Notes: a model not told the origin generated them from the sequence alone. DNA of 35,425 nt from Pirellula sp. (GCA_025459275.1 JALOQW010000001.1:1-35425); one strand, 5' to 3'. Shown: positions 8,027 to 20,027, numbered from the stretch's first letter. A program made the numbers and translations.

Positions 8027-11000
8027 GAATGCGGTAGGTATCGATCGCCAAGAGCAACCCAAGCAGCGTCAGGATCAAACCGGGTATCCACGAACCCGAA
8101 AAGACCCAGATCCAACATCCGATGATCGCAAGTTGCCACCACGGACTCCTCTGAAGCGACATTCCGAGGGTCCGCCAAATCCATGCGCTGAGCACCATCA
8201 ACAAGATCATGCACAGAGTTGCGATCACTCGCGTCCGATGGGTGACCAACCACGCAAGAAAGGTGCCTTCCACCTCCGGACCATGGCTGGCAACACTCGG
8301 ACTGGAAAGAGTCTGGTCGACAGGCTGAGCCATGCGACGATCCAAGGCGAGACGCTGAATCCGCTGTCGGAGTTCCGGAGAGCACGTGGACACCATTTCG
8401 GTGTACGCTGCAGCGACCGATGGATATCTCGCCATATCCTCGGTCGAACCTAGATTGACCCACGCCTTTAATGTCGCCAGCGTTTCCGCTGCCAAGAACT
8501 CTTGCCACCGTGTGATGATTCCCGGATGCGAAGCGATTTTCGCGGAATCTTCCCCACCGACGCGTCGGAGCGAATTCAACACCAAGATATTCCACTCGCT
8601 ACTCTTGCGCCACACATCGGCCCAAGTGGCAACTTCATTCCCTCCGATTCGCTGGACGCGATCGCCGAAGATGATGAATCCTTCGAATGGCTCAGGGTTC
8701 GCAAGCCTCGGCAAAGCGCTGGCACCCAACTCCTCGAGAGCGATGCTCTCTACATCGTATTCGGTCCAGATGTCGATGCGTACCGGAATGGACAAGGGTG
8801 GACCAGTCACGGTCAGCCGATCGTCGTCTTCGGTCCACAACACAGATTCTCCATTGATCGTTACCCAGGAAATGTCCGCGTCCGGAGGCAGCTTCCATTC
8901 CAAGACGGCGGGGCCCATCTCCCTTCGATACTTTGACAGGTCGGTCCAAACCGAGCTATGAACAACGCGATGATGCGTCGGATGCGATCCATGCAAGGCT
9001 TCATGAATCTCCAGTGTAGGAATCGCATCTCCATTCGCCCTTTGCAGCCTATCGGACTCCTGGTCGGACCGCACCTTGATGGCACCCTGCCCATCCGAGG
9101 CTAGCGTTGACTCGTCCAATGCAAAATGGCAAACCAGTCGGGGATCGGAAGGAAACTGAATACGATCCAACCACTCCCGCCATTGGGGCTGATTCGTCCC
9201 GACACTCTTCGGCAGATCGCCAACCCAATCCACTTCAAAGGATGCGACCGTGTTCTCAGGATTCCAGTTGGGTTGGATCTGTATCCATCGGCGCGTTGGA
9301 TCCAGCGATGGAATCTCTTTGAGCGTCGCATTGCTGGTCCATTGTCTGCACATATCAATCGGCAGGGAAACCAACAGGGTCGGCCTTGCGTCCAGCGATG
9401 CATTGTCGATCATACTGCATCGCCATCGAACGTCCGTCCCTGAAGAATCGATCTTGGCAATCGTCAAGACTCCACTCCACTCCCCGTGCAATCGCTCTGC
9501 GCGAACTTTGGTCGACTGGGATGTTCCCTGCAAATCCATCGTCGACAGCGTTTTGTTGGGCCCTTGGCCTCGCCATGTTGCAGGAGCGTTGGTCTCCTCG
9601 CCGTAAAGCTGCACGCGCCAGACAGGATCCGCAGATAGCTCAGCGTACTGTTCCGCCGTCGACAAGCCTTCGATCTCGAGCCTGGGCGGCACCAGCTCCA
9701 TGGCGTGACCGTTTGAGACATCCTGTTCGCTTGTCACCAGCAGTTCATTAACTTCGCCAACCTCACGATCGAGAAAGATCTGAAGTTTGCGATGGTTTCC
9801 ATCCATCCACGAAGTGTGCTGAAGCGTCGCATTCCTGAAGCTCACTTTGCTGATGGAATAGTCCGCTGGGACGGAGACGATAATATTTTTTCGATTATTC
9901 ACCGGTGCTGCAAACTCTATTTTCGATCGGACCACGTTTTTGGATGATCCGAGGATCCACTGTTGCGACACACGTACGCGCTGCAGTTTGCTTTCCGGTT
10001 GCTGGCGTAAAACTCCGAAACCTCCCGCGATCGGGATCCTTAGACTGGTTGCGATTGGGCGTTCCTTTAGTTCCAGCCAATCGATCCGTTCTTTGGTATT
10101 GATGGATGGAACCCAGGTATTGATCCCCTCAAGTGTCCAGACAGACCCGGCCGACCGCGCGTATCGCAGCGTGTTGGGACGGACGCGACGATCTCGGCAC
10201 TCAGCAAATAAGATGTTTCGCAAACTGACTTCCCCGACAGGAATCCATGTCGTAGTGATGACGCGCTTGCTGGAGTTGCTGTTGTTATCGGCATTCCATC
10301 GCATCACATAGCGGCGCCGGTCGAGCGTGCTTCCTGGGCGTACATCGATCAGCTGGGCATCACCCCATCGATTGCCGATGGGCTGCCACTGAAGATCCGA
10401 CTCGATTTCGATCTCGGACGGCGCATCGCTATTGCGAGGGTACTCAAGGATCGTCCGTGCGATCAATTGCTCGCGCTCGATGAGGAGTTCCGTATTGAGT
10501 TGTGGGGACTCGACGCCTACAAGAGAGGAGGAATCCGAGGACATAGTACCCGTACCGCGCGAAGCCTGGCTAGACATCGTTACGATCTCACCCTTGAGCC
10601 GATCCAATCCACCTAGCTGGATGCTGAACTTTCCGATCGAGGGATTGGAGATCCGACCGCGACTGTTGAAGTCGACGGCCCATCCTGCATCTGCCTCCAC
10701 CTCCAGAATGGCATTTGCGGTTGGCCAAATCGGCATATCGATTCCCCATCCGCGCGGGGGCGCGAGATCGTTCAGCAAGCCAGGCCTTGGCAACGTCGCA
10801 TTCTTGTCCCTTTCCAAGGGGCGAATTCTTAACTGTGACTCTATCTGTATGGTGCGGCGTCCGGACCGTTCTGGGTACCAAAGCAACTCGGTATCACTCT
10901 TCACGAACCGACTTGGGGCGACCTCGATTCCATCGATCAGAAATCGACTCAGTCGAGATCGATCTGAGGGGAACGGGATTCGCCAAGGTCGCCCAATTTC

Positions 11001-14000
11001 CCCCTCTCCGATCCAGACTTCGTAAAGATGATTGCAGGGCTGCTCGGTGTTGCCGAAACTCACAGACCTCGCGTCGAATCGGAATGTGTGTCTCGCGGAA
11101 ATCACATAGGAATCGCGATCGGCGGCTTGGGTTGGAATCTCCTGAGCTTCCATCGCAGCCACAAGGTTGCCAGGCACATAAACCATATCTCCTACAAACT
11201 CGCCATCGGCATCGAGCGGGATGAGGACATCGAAGACGGCATCCGTCATAGCACCGCGAGAAGACGCAATGTCTTGAGCGATCAGCGGCATCCCCAATGC
11301 CATAAGAACCATGACTGTGGATGAGACAACAACAGCCGAACGACCAGACTCGTCCGAGGCACCTTCGTTGGCAAGGCCCGGTTCGTTCCATGGATACCAT
11401 CCTGTTTGCCGAGCATGTCGTTCCATGGGCCGCACCTCCGTCGAAGTCGTGACCCAGCGCAAGAGATAAAGAACGGAGCCAACGCCTAATCCCACCCAAG
11501 TGCTCCGGAACCAAATAGAAACGGGTTCCGGTAGCCAGTGCCCACCCACCGTCGCGACAACAGCCAGCAGCAGTACGAACCACGGAGTGCGCCGGATGAG
11601 CGGCGGTGTTAACAAAGTAACGACCGCTAACCACAAGGCTGGGCCGGTGAAGGATGTTTTGGTTCGAAGAGTCCAGCCCTGATCGAGACCATGGTTCTCA
11701 GATTTCGATGCGATCGGGATCGAAACAGGTAACCAGTCCGATGCGATCCAATTTGGTATCAAATCTGATGGCGGGACCATGTTGGCATGGACTGTGTCGG
11801 ATTCGACAGGCTTTCCTCGCCCGAACAACCACGAAACCGCTTCGCCCGTCCACGCCCATGGGCTCCACATACCCTCCATCTTCGGAAGGCGCTGGGAACG
11901 CCACTGGCTCCAATCCCAGTGGGGATGCGGTGGCCCCGACAACTCAAGATCCTTCGGAAGCCACAAGTGTGCCTGGGATATGGCAACGGCATTATCCAGC
12001 GTGATCTCTGGCCAACGAAACGGGAAGACACGTGTAGGTGCGACGCCCCAGTCGAGGAACGATTCTTTGGTCAATGCAGGCCCCGACATGACAACCGTAA
12101 GATGCGAGTTGCAACTCAGGGATTCACCGCTGACTGGGTGTCGATGGATCAGGATTTGATCCCCATCGCGTCGGTAAGTGTAAGAGCTTCGTGGTTGATG
12201 GGAAGCCTCAGGAACCGACCTGTCCAGCAATCGATGGATCGACCAGCCTTGAGGGAGGTTCAGGCGGCATTCCCACAAGGCATCGCTCATCCCCTCCACC
12301 TGCAATTGAAGAACGGCTCTCTGCTTTCCAATCGTATCCACCGCAACATGCAAATCGCTCTGCGCTACTCGCCACTGGTTTCGTTGTGAGTGTCGCTCGG
12401 AATGAACAGAGATCCGCAATGGATCCGGACTCGATACAGTATCGACCCAACGCAATTCCAGTTGACCATTTTGATTGAAGGCCCATTGGGAATTTTCGAG
12501 TTCGTCAGGAATCACCGAGAGTGTCGCGGAAGCGACGAGTGTATGGGACGCGACATTCACACCTGAAACGCGAGGCAAGACCAGTTCCAGCGGTTGCTCT
12601 CCGCTTTCGAATCGCCCAATCGCTCGCAAGCGATACCCATCGATAGCAGCTGTATCCCCTTTTTTCACTTCAGGAAGGGTGACCTGCCATCGATCTTCGG
12701 GTGTTGAATGGATCACCGGCAGCGACAACCAACGGCCAGCCGATTCCCATTCCCAACGCCATTTTCCGGGAAGCTCCAGAACAAGGGAGCGCGCGTTCGG
12801 CGACATGGACCGAACCTCGAAACGATGTTCGACATGAATGGAGTCCTCTTCTTCACGCACATTCGTTGCGATTGAACATTCCAGTAGTGATGGCTCTGGC
12901 TTCCATCGCAACGAGGGAAGCTTTCCTTCGTTCATTCGGAAGAGCAGGTATTTGCCGAGTCTTGGAAGCCGTTCCTTCTGCCAGGTCGTCAATGTCTCTT
13001 CCTCGCGAAGGTCCTGGGCGTAATCTCCTGTATACACCCACCTCGAAGCGAAGCCCGGCTCAATCACGACCACTTCATCGCATTGACGACCTGGGAACAC
13101 GAGAAGCGGCTCGGCGTCCCAACCATCGTCGGTCGACTGCGACATATCCCGAGCCAATTGCATCTCGATCGTCACAGGACCGGTGTCGACGGCACCTGTA
13201 CGATCGATACGTATCAGGGACTCGATGTCCTGACGTTCGTCCGCATCGATCGATTGGCTGTCAATCACGAGTTGTAAACCTTTGTGGTTGATTTGAGCCG
13301 ATTCGATGCTCCAGGACTTTCCTATACGTATCAGGTTTGATGCGGATGAGTGCCAAGGGGACAATTGCATCTTGACCACTGCGACAGCGCGGTCGGAGTC
13401 GGTCGACAATCGAGTCAATACTTCGGCCCGATCCAACGCTTGCCTCGCCGAAACACGGAACGAAATCGGGGTCGGAGCCTGAAACCAGGAATAATCCAAC
13501 CTGTCTGGCGATCCGCGCCCAGTACTTACAGTTTCGAGTCGGCCGAAGTTGGAACTGACACCTCGCAATTCGATCGATTCTTCTGGAAGGAGAGTTGTAC
13601 TTCCTGAAACCACGTAAGCGTTCAAGCACTCTATCGGCGGTATGGTTACGATCCCATCGGCTGTCACATCGACGAGGCTCGATAGAAACTCAGCGGATAC
13701 TCGAGTCCGGGGCGCAGTCGTCAAGGATGTTTCCGAGAGATCCTCAGCAGGAATTCCTACGTCGATCATCCGATTCGAGAACTGGATCGAGGCTTCCTGA
13801 TCGTTGACCGTCAAGCTACGCAATCTCACCCCTTCCGGTAATCGCAATCGCAGCGTTCGATCGTTTGTCGTCGTTTCATACCACTCCCACTCGCAACGAG
13901 TCTTGATGTGCTGGGCTGTGATCGAATGCGTGATGCTCTGACGCGCGATCAGTCGGTGGATTCTTGCCGAGGAAGGAGATTCCTCGGTTCCAGGATCCAT

Positions 14001-14819
14001 CAAGCTCTGATTTTCTCCGAGTATGATCGAGAAACTCGCCTGATCGAGTCCACTCAGTTCCAACAACCAGAAGGCATCGTTGTTGTTCAATTCCGGCACG
14101 GTATCCGGGGCGGCCAAGGCAACGGGCCAATCGTCGACACGTTGCAAAACATCGTTCCAACCTGCAACGGATCGAACAACACCACTGGCGTCGGACACCC
14201 TTGCGCTCTTCGGCAATTGAAGGACCATGCAGCTATCGGTCGTCCTCGGGAACGACAGAGCGTAATTAAGGCGATTCGGAGTGCTGTTAGATTGAGGTCG
14301 CAACGTCCAGGAAAACCAGTCTTCATCCGATGTGATTCTCAAAGATGGGGTGCCAGAACTGTCATACATCCAGTTGGGCGCAACCAGCAAACTGGTGCTG
14401 GGCTCGTTGGTCAACAACGTTGAGTCGATCGCGGGGCTCCACGGCGCGATCGATCTTCGTATTCCGGACCGACCTCTTCGATTGGCTGCATCCCAATTCC
14501 ATCGCAGCCTCGATCTTTCTGCATACAGATCAGCGCCGAGCAGTCGAACCTGCGAATGAAAGGATTGCAATTCTGGTTCGTATCCTGGTGCCATCGGATC
14601 GCGACTCTTCCATTTTTCGAACCATGCCTGAAACGATGGGAGCGGTATCGCGCGGAATCCCTCGACTGGCAAATCCGAATCACGAATGTAGACACGTCGA
14701 TATGTAGCCTCTGTCGACTGAGCCTGCGCCAAAGATCCATGCAAGAGGATGCAAACAGATGCGATCATCAAGGCAGCTGCCTGAAACCGGTTGTTCTTGG
14801 AAGGAGCTTTCCACTGCAT
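7983..14819 (-). CDS. Giant hypothetical membrane-anchored protein (2278 aa), two tandem modules
   Basis: Uninterrupted 6.8-kb ORF. Signal peptide ending LAQA|QS; 3-TM cluster at aa ~1055-1125; internal hydrophobic segment ending LIA|QD at aa ~1160-1183; C-terminal 3-TM cluster; beta-rich ectodomains. Confidence 0.9.
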   Translation of the reverse strand: MQWKAPSKNNRFQAAALMIASVCILLHGSLAQAQSTEATYRRVYIRDSDLPVEGFRAIPLPSFQAWFEKWKSRDPMAPGYEPELQSFHSQVRLLGADLYAERSRLRWNWDAANRRGRSGIRRSIAPWSPAIDSTLLTNEPSTSLLVAPNWMYDSSGTPSLRITSDEDWFSWTLRPQSNSTPNRLNYALSFPRTTDSCMVLQLPKSARVSDASGVVRSVAGWNDVLQRVDDWPVALAAPDTVPELNNNDAFWLLELSGLDQASFSIILGENQSLMDPGTEESPSSARIHRLIARQSITHSITAQHIKTRCEWEWYETTTNDRTLRLRLPEGVRLRSLTVNDQEASIQFSNRMIDVGIPAEDLSETSLTTAPRTRVSAEFLSSLVDVTADGIVTIPPIECLNAYVVSGSTTLLPEESIELRGVSSNFGRLETVSTGRGSPDRLDYSWFQAPTPISFRVSARQALDRAEVLTRLSTDSDRAVAVVKMQLSPWHSSASNLIRIGKSWSIESAQINHKGLQLVIDSQSIDADERQDIESLIRIDRTGAVDTGPVTIEMQLARDMSQSTDDGWDAEPLLVFPGRQCDEVVVIEPGFASRWVYTGDYAQDLREEETLTTWQKERLPRLGKYLLFRMNEGKLPSLRWKPEPSLLECSIATNVREEEDSIHVEHRFEVRSMSPNARSLVLELPGKWRWEWESAGRWLSLPVIHSTPEDRWQVTLPEVKKGDTAAIDGYRLRAIGRFESGEQPLELVLPRVSGVNVASHTLVASATLSVIPDELENSQWAFNQNGQLELRWVDTVSSPDPLRISVHSERHSQRNQWRVAQSDLHVAVDTIGKQRAVLQLQVEGMSDALWECRLNLPQGWSIHRLLDRSVPEASHQPRSSYTYRRDGDQILIHRHPVSGESLSCNSHLTVVMSGPALTKESFLDWGVAPTRVFPFRWPEITLDNAVAISQAHLWLPKDLELSGPPHPHWDWSQWRSQRLPKMEGMWSPWAWTGEAVSWLFGRGKPVESDTVHANMVPPSDLIPNWIASDWLPVSIPIASKSENHGLDQGWTLRTKTSFTGPALWLAVVTLLTPPLIRRTPWFVLLLAVVATVGGHWLPEPVSIWFRSTWVGLGVGSVLYLLRWVTTSTEVRPMERHARQTGWYPWNEPGLANEGASDESGRSAVVVSSTVMVLMALGMPLIAQDIASSRGAMTDAVFDVLIPLDADGEFVGDMVYVPGNLVAAMEAQEIPTQAADRDSYVISARHTFRFDARSVSFGNTEQPCNHLYEVWIGEGEIGRPWRIPFPSDRSRLSRFLIDGIEVAPSRFVKSDTELLWYPERSGRRTIQIESQLRIRPLERDKNATLPRPGLLNDLAPPRGWGIDMPIWPTANAILEVEADAGWAVDFNSRGRISNPSIGKFSIQLGGLDRLKGEIVTMSSQASRGTGTMSSDSSSLVGVESPQLNTELLIEREQLIARTILEYPRNSDAPSEIEIESDLQWQPIGNRWGDAQLIDVRPGSTLDRRRYVMRWNADNNSNSSKRVITTTWIPVGEVSLRNILFAECRDRRVRPNTLRYARSAGSVWTLEGINTWVPSINTKERIDWLELKERPIATSLRIPIAGGFGVLRQQPESKLQRVRVSQQWILGSSKNVVRSKIEFAAPVNNRKNIIVSVPADYSISKVSFRNATLQHTSWMDGNHRKLQIFLDREVGEVNELLVTSEQDVSNGHAMELVPPRLEIEGLSTAEQYAELSADPVWRVQLYGEETNAPATWRGQGPNKTLSTMDLQGTSQSTKVRAERLHGEWSGVLTIAKIDSSGTDVRWRCSMIDNASLDARPTLLVSLPIDMCRQWTSNATLKEIPSLDPTRRWIQIQPNWNPENTVASFEVDWVGDLPKSVGTNQPQWREWLDRIQFPSDPRLVCHFALDESTLASDGQGAIKVRSDQESDRLQRANGDAIPTLEIHEALHGSHPTHHRVVHSSVWTDLSKYRREMGPAVLEWKLPPDADISWVTINGESVLWTEDDDRLTVTGPPLSIPVRIDIWTEYDVESIALEELGASALPRLANPEPFEGFIIFGDRVQRIGGNEVATWADVWRKSSEWNILVLNSLRRVGGEDSAKIASHPGIITRWQEFLAAETLATLKAWVNLGSTEDMARYPSVAAAYTEMVSTCSPELRQRIQRLALDRRMAQPVDQTLSSPSVASHGPEVEGTFLAWLVTHRTRVIATLCMILLMVLSAWIWRTLGMSLQRSPWWQLAIIGCWIWVFSGSWIPGLILTLLGLLLAIDTYRILNERFRQTGTRGPR

Positions 14820-14821
14820 GG

Positions 14822-17800
14822 CTAAGAGCCTTCCTCGAGAACCTGCACGCCTGCTGTGTGGGTCGAAGCAGATTTCGACGATGCTTCTTTGACGTTGCTC
14901 GCAGACCCATGCAGATTGGTGTTCTTCGGTTGATTACGGATCGCCACACTCGAAGAGCGACTGACAAAGATACTGCGACGTCGTGCCCTGCGATTGATCA
15001 ACCATCGAAGAAGCCCATACGTCATAGCCATACCCAAGGCTGCGAGTATAGTTTGAGCGAGGAGAATGGAGATATCCCAGGACCATTGAGAGAAGATCAA
15101 CCATGTCACCAATAAGCCACTCCACAACCATGGCTTCCTCAACCATGAACTCTCCCCTAAACTCATCGACAAGAGAAGGACCACGATTGCGACTGGAAGC
15201 CATATCAATGATCTGGGAATGAACCAGGCGCTGAGCGCCTGGTTCCCTGCTAATGTGGTCAGGTCGTATTGATTGGTTTGCAACAAGGTCACTTCGGGTT
15301 GCTTGGTTGCCCCCAATTCCGCTTCCATCCGTTGCTGTGTTCGGTCACTTTTCCTCGCGAAAAACAGATCGTTCCATTCCCAACGGTAGAGAGGTGCGAG
15401 TTCCGACGAAGACCAGATCAAATGCTCGGTCCTCGGCATGATGACTTGCCATATCAATGGAGACGTACTCTTCTTGGGGTTCAATCGAGGAGCGTTCAGA
15501 TAGATCCTTCGGAGCAATCCTTCGGGTCCCGGTCGCATGGTAAAGATCTCAAGGACATAACGGTCATCGCGCTCCTTCGAAGGTAATTCGACCCGAGTTC
15601 GGTCTGCGTATCCAGGTACATCGACATATGGAACACGTCTCCCGTCGAGTACCATTTCGAGGTCTTTTCTAAGCGAACCTGGGATATCCAAGTCGAGCCA
15701 CTCTCGCTCTGTTGAGAATCGCACCACGTATCGATCCCGCTGGTAGATCGCATTGAGAATGGTCTGAACCCATTCGGCCTCGATTTCGATATCTCGCTCG
15801 GACACTGGCACCGGTTTGGTCAGCACCTCTTCCCATCGCGGGCGATCTGGATCGAGTTGATACTCCCGATCCTCCGTCCCTTGGCTCGATGGATCGGTTC
15901 GTCGGACGACGGTTGTGTCGGTGACGAGCAGATCTTCGTCCCGAGCGGATCTCAATACGGGCAACTCAATCTGAATCGGCAGTGAATTCGTATCATCCCA
16001 CGATAGCGGCATTTCCGAGGTAGCCGTAATCAGCAGATCCGCTGTTTGAGTCTCATCGACGGGAGAACGGGGCACAGAAATCGTGTACCAAGTGTAACGG
16101 GGATCCAACGATGCCGTTCCACCTTCCATCTTCTGCAACTCCAATGTGGATCCTTCTACACGAACATCGCCTAAAACCATATTCGTGGGAACTCCGAGTA
16201 TCAGTGCTTCTGGCCTCCCGCCGTAACTCCGACAAACCCATCGATGGTTCCATTCGATCGAAGATCCCTTCAACTGTGGAGAAGCATCGTAATCCACCGA
16301 CGTTGAGGAAGGACGCCGATAGCGTTTTGATATCCAAGTCGTCAATTCCCCGGATTCGCCGACTTGATAGGACAATCGAAAAGGAGCTGGAACTGCATCT
16401 GGCGAAGCACCCGCGACGCTTGTTGGTACGAGCCCGCTGGGTGCAGGTTCGACTTCTGAAAATCGATACGTCCAGGACTGAACTCGAACTACACCGGCCG
16501 GAGTCACCACGGTCCTCTGTTGGGTGTCCTGGTTCAACCAAGACAGTTGGGGTAATGACAGGCGAAGCAAATCGTCTCCAGCATGGAGAGGCTTGGTCAA
16601 CACATACTCAATGGCAAAGGCATCTTGCGCAACCACTTTTGCTCCGGTTGATGCTGGACTGGAACCCGGCGCAGATCGCTCGGAACCTTCTAGATTTACC
16701 GTACCTGTCCCGGAAGCAATGTTACCCAAGGGAACGTCTCGCCCCCCGCCCATAAACAGACTGGCATTCAGAGGCAGGACAACACGCTCTTTGTCTTCCG
16801 AGATTTGAAGAGAATTGCGGTCGAGCTCGAGCATCGATGGATGCACAATGACCCGATCAACGTCCCAACCCGACCACTCTGCTTGCAACAGCGGCAACTG
16901 CGTTGGATCGCTTAAGAAGTCGATGCGCCCTCCGAGAATCGCACTATTTTCGCGGACTTCGATTTGGTGGTTCGCTCGCATCTTGGGGCGGTTCACCAAG
17001 GATTGCCAGGATGCCTTGACCCCCGCAGGTTGGGATGCGAACTGAAAGGCAAAAACCATGGAGTTGCTTCCATCGGCGGCCATCCCCTGACGGATCAACC
17101 GAGCATCTCCCGTGGGAGACCACTGAAACACTACGCCTCGTGGGATGACACATTCGATCGCCCCTGAATGCGACTGCACTCCTTCGATTGTCGGAGCATC
17201 CAGGATCAACGCCTTTGGGTTGGGCGGGCCGATGATCTGCCATTCCAGCGCAACATCCAACTCTGCCCGAGCTAGAGATTCATCGACATCGATATCAAAA
17301 ATCGTGGGCTTCGGTTCCTCTTCTGCGGAGGGCTCGCTCTCTCCCACTCTCCGCGTCATGCGATAACCGGCTATACCAACACGACTCGTCGCAGGCTCAA
17401 GAACTTGTCCGTTGGGTGGGAGTGAAACGGTAAAGGACCTCCCTCCTAAACTTGTGGGTCCGCGTAGACTCCACGTAGTGACCGCCTTGATCAGCGCACC
17501 ATCATCGCTTGCGGAGAATTTGGTTTGGCTGGCGGCTTCAACGGCGATAATGGATTGGCGTTCCTCTTTCCGGTTCCACGCGAGATTAAGTGTATTGGCG
17601 GTGGTTCGCACGATTGCCACCGAATGGCCATCGATCGTTCGAAACGGCTCGACAACTTCGGTTCCTCCACCGGAAGCCGTCAAATCCCACTCACCAAGAG
17701 GCAACTTTAAGCGTACGACCGTCGCGGTCGCAGGCAAGTCGAGACGTATGGAGTTCCCGCTGTTGGAAGCAGTGATCTTGCAAACCGCCGATAACTTCAG

Positions 17801-18313
17801 CGAGCGATCTCTCGACAAACCAGGCTCAATTCTCCAAACATACCCACTGGATTGCACAACCAGGTCGTCTCGATCCGGACGGTCGGCCGATGGCAACCAT
17901 TGCATCGAAGCCAGACCAATGGGCACCGTCAGCCAGGATCGGTTCGGAGAGGGCAACCGCAACGCCGCATCGACAGCAACTTTTGCAAAATCCACTTCAG
18001 GCTCGATGAGCAGATCGAGCTGGGATAACGCTGGGGGAGGCTGGTCTTGCTTCGCCCCGCTGGCTTCCTCCAGTAGTCGTTCGAACTCTTCGTAGTCGAT
18101 TCGAGGTACCATGACGGGTACCCCTTGGGCATTGCGAAGCCAATAAACGTCCGGCCGTGCCCCTGGAGCCAACACGTCCGGAGCTCGAGTGGGCGGAAAC
18201 GGCTGCGAATCGTCAGAATCCTGGGCCCAGACCGATCCCATGAGGCCCACCAGCGCAGCGCAGGCCCAACCCCAAAGAGCTAGTTTTCGCAGGACTTTCA
18301 AGCCTCGCTCCAT
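14822..18313 (-). CDS. Large hypothetical membrane-anchored protein (1163 aa)
   Basis: Signal peptide ending VWA|QD, ~1000-aa beta-rich ectodomain, three C-terminal TMs and an Arg/Ser-rich tail. Its stop lies 2 nt before the ATG of the 2278-aa gene. Confidence 0.9.
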   Translation of the reverse strand: MERGLKVLRKLALWGWACAALVGLMGSVWAQDSDDSQPFPPTRAPDVLAPGARPDVYWLRNAQGVPVMVPRIDYEEFERLLEEASGAKQDQPPPALSQLDLLIEPEVDFAKVAVDAALRLPSPNRSWLTVPIGLASMQWLPSADRPDRDDLVVQSSGYVWRIEPGLSRDRSLKLSAVCKITASNSGNSIRLDLPATATVVRLKLPLGEWDLTASGGGTEVVEPFRTIDGHSVAIVRTTANTLNLAWNRKEERQSIIAVEAASQTKFSASDDGALIKAVTTWSLRGPTSLGGRSFTVSLPPNGQVLEPATSRVGIAGYRMTRRVGESEPSAEEEPKPTIFDIDVDESLARAELDVALEWQIIGPPNPKALILDAPTIEGVQSHSGAIECVIPRGVVFQWSPTGDARLIRQGMAADGSNSMVFAFQFASQPAGVKASWQSLVNRPKMRANHQIEVRENSAILGGRIDFLSDPTQLPLLQAEWSGWDVDRVIVHPSMLELDRNSLQISEDKERVVLPLNASLFMGGGRDVPLGNIASGTGTVNLEGSERSAPGSSPASTGAKVVAQDAFAIEYVLTKPLHAGDDLLRLSLPQLSWLNQDTQQRTVVTPAGVVRVQSWTYRFSEVEPAPSGLVPTSVAGASPDAVPAPFRLSYQVGESGELTTWISKRYRRPSSTSVDYDASPQLKGSSIEWNHRWVCRSYGGRPEALILGVPTNMVLGDVRVEGSTLELQKMEGGTASLDPRYTWYTISVPRSPVDETQTADLLITATSEMPLSWDDTNSLPIQIELPVLRSARDEDLLVTDTTVVRRTDPSSQGTEDREYQLDPDRPRWEEVLTKPVPVSERDIEIEAEWVQTILNAIYQRDRYVVRFSTEREWLDLDIPGSLRKDLEMVLDGRRVPYVDVPGYADRTRVELPSKERDDRYVLEIFTMRPGPEGLLRRIYLNAPRLNPKKSTSPLIWQVIMPRTEHLIWSSSELAPLYRWEWNDLFFARKSDRTQQRMEAELGATKQPEVTLLQTNQYDLTTLAGNQALSAWFIPRSLIWLPVAIVVLLLSMSLGESSWLRKPWLWSGLLVTWLIFSQWSWDISILLAQTILAALGMAMTYGLLRWLINRRARRRSIFVSRSSSVAIRNQPKNTNLHGSASNVKEASSKSASTHTAGVQVLEEGS

Positions 18314-18405
18314 GGGATTTTTGAGAGAAGATCTTCAAGAGTTTCGTTCGTTGGTCTTCCGGAGACCTCCGCAAGCGTCAATTTACCTATTTTACGCAGG
18401 CCGCC

Positions 18406-18475
18406 CGGACTTCGGGATCGGAAACTTCGGACTTCGCATGCACGCATCGAGCTTCCCCAAGCCTCGAAGTCCGAA
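18406..18475. repeat. Inverted/direct repeat cluster in a divergent intergenic region
   Basis: TTCGGACTTCG (18426-36) and its exact reverse complement CGAAGTCCGAA (18465-75), plus a direct copy CGGACTTCG at 18406-14. Confidence 0.55.
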
Positions 18476-18595
18476 AAATCGTTACGAACCTCCCTCCACA
18501 CCCGGCGCAAGGGTGCTTGCCTGCGGTTAAGGTAACGGCATGGATGCTAGACACGCTTAGCACGCTATCCCTCTCCCGCCGAATGCGAGTTAGCA

Positions 18596-19129
18596 ATGAA
18601 ACCTCAATGGGCCATCCAGCCGACGTTCCGGCTCGATATTTCTGCAGCCAAAGATGTCGCCATCCCAAGATTCCAATCCGCCATGGAACGCAGAGGAGAC
18701 GAACAGCTTTACATGTCCCATGGCGAGTACGCCGAATTTCATCTCGAACCTGAAATGCATCGACTATGGTCACCACACTTACTGGTCTATTTCGCCGATG
18801 GAAGCTCGGATGATCGCTGCAGCTTGATCGGGCGATTTGCCCCTCGCCCAAATTTATGGACATTGATCTGGATCTTCTATCTCGCCTTTTTCTGCTCCAT
18901 CTTCTTCGCCGGAATCTTTGCAGGCTCTCAATGGCTGGTCGGCGAATTCCCATGGGGGCTGGCAATCGTGGCTGCAACCCTCGTTCTCTATGCAGGTCTC
19001 TTCATCGCATCGCAAATCGGTCAATCGCTGTGCTCCGACCAGATGGATCTGTTGCGAGGCAGACTTGAAAACGTTTTGTCCGATGCAGGTCTAGTTGGCA
19101 CTGAACGGGGGCGGGAAACCTCGCCGTAA
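18596..19129 (+). CDS. Hypothetical membrane protein (two C-terminal TMs)
   Basis: 177 aa; soluble N-terminal part with HRLWSPHL and GRFAPRPNLWT motifs, then two hydrophobic helices. Confidence 0.8.
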   Translation: MKPQWAIQPTFRLDISAAKDVAIPRFQSAMERRGDEQLYMSHGEYAEFHLEPEMHRLWSPHLLVYFADGSSDDRCSLIGRFAPRPNLWTLIWIFYLAFFCSIFFAGIFAGSQWLVGEFPWGLAIVAATLVLYAGLFIASQIGQSLCSDQMDLLRGRLENVLSDAGLVGTERGRETSP

Positions 19130-19807
19130 GCCTCGGGGCAACGTGTCCCCTGTCGGCTCGTCGTTTTCGACCAGCGTCGTCAAACTGTCAACCAACACTC
19201 GATATCGAGCTTCCACATTGGGTTCGCCCAACAAATATTGCTTGGTCGCCAATGACAAATTCACCGCGTACGCAATCACATCCGTCAAAACCCCCAGAGG
19301 CAATTGACGTGTCAGAAGCTCCGTAAAGGTTTTCGAGCCGGATACTTCCAAAGGAATCATCGCTCGAAAAATCGACAAAAGCTCGTCTCGACACGACTCC
19401 GATTTGGCTTCATCCTCGATCGGAATGTCCTCGATGATCTCGACACGAGCTTGCCGAAAACTGGTCCCTACTTCCAGCTCCTCAACAATCTTGGCTCGTT
19501 GGATCCCCGCCAAGAAGATGTTGTGTCGCCCATCTCCCGTGGGTGAGTGAGAAATGATCCTCCCGATGCAGACAACGTTCGAAATCTTAGGTTGGCCATG
19601 GAAAGAATTCTCCCAGCCTTGATCCAGAATCGCCATCGTGATCAAGCGATCCGACTCCAACGCCTCCGACAGCATCTCGCAATACCGAGGCTCGAATATA
19701 TGAAGGGCTTGGATCACATTCGGGAATAAGACCAAGTTGGGAAGCGGAAACAGTCTGACCACTCCGTCGAAATCGTCGGGTAAACCGATATTTTCCCAAT
19801 GTCCCAT
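19091..19807 (-). CDS. Stand-alone Lon peptidase substrate-binding (N-terminal) domain protein
   Basis: LFPLPNLVLFP...LHIFEPRY...DGRHNIFLAG..R motif set of the Lon N-domain; no Walker A or protease domain. Start placed at ATG 19807. Confidence 0.9.
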   Translation of the reverse strand: MGHWENIGLPDDFDGVVRLFPLPNLVLFPNVIQALHIFEPRYCEMLSEALESDRLITMAILDQGWENSFHGQPKISNVVCIGRIISHSPTGDGRHNIFLAGIQRAKIVEELEVGTSFRQARVEIIEDIPIEDEAKSESCRDELLSIFRAMIPLEVSGSKTFTELLTRQLPLGVLTDVIAYAVNLSLATKQYLLGEPNVEARYRVLVDSLTTLVENDEPTGDTLPRGLRRGFPPPFSAN

Positions 19808-20027
19808 GTCGGATGACTTCCCATTGACTCGACCGCCCAACCTCGACCCGAGGACAATACCCGACTCGAAGACGCTAGGAGTGTAGCAGCTAGACTAGGT
19901 CGGAACAGGGAGACGCTGTATCGAATTGAATGCGCCCCATGTGTCGCTGTGATGACAAAATGGTGCATCTTGCACTTCGCGCTCGAGAATCCTGGGGCAA
20001 GTGAGTACCATTGAAGCTTGTGGACAC

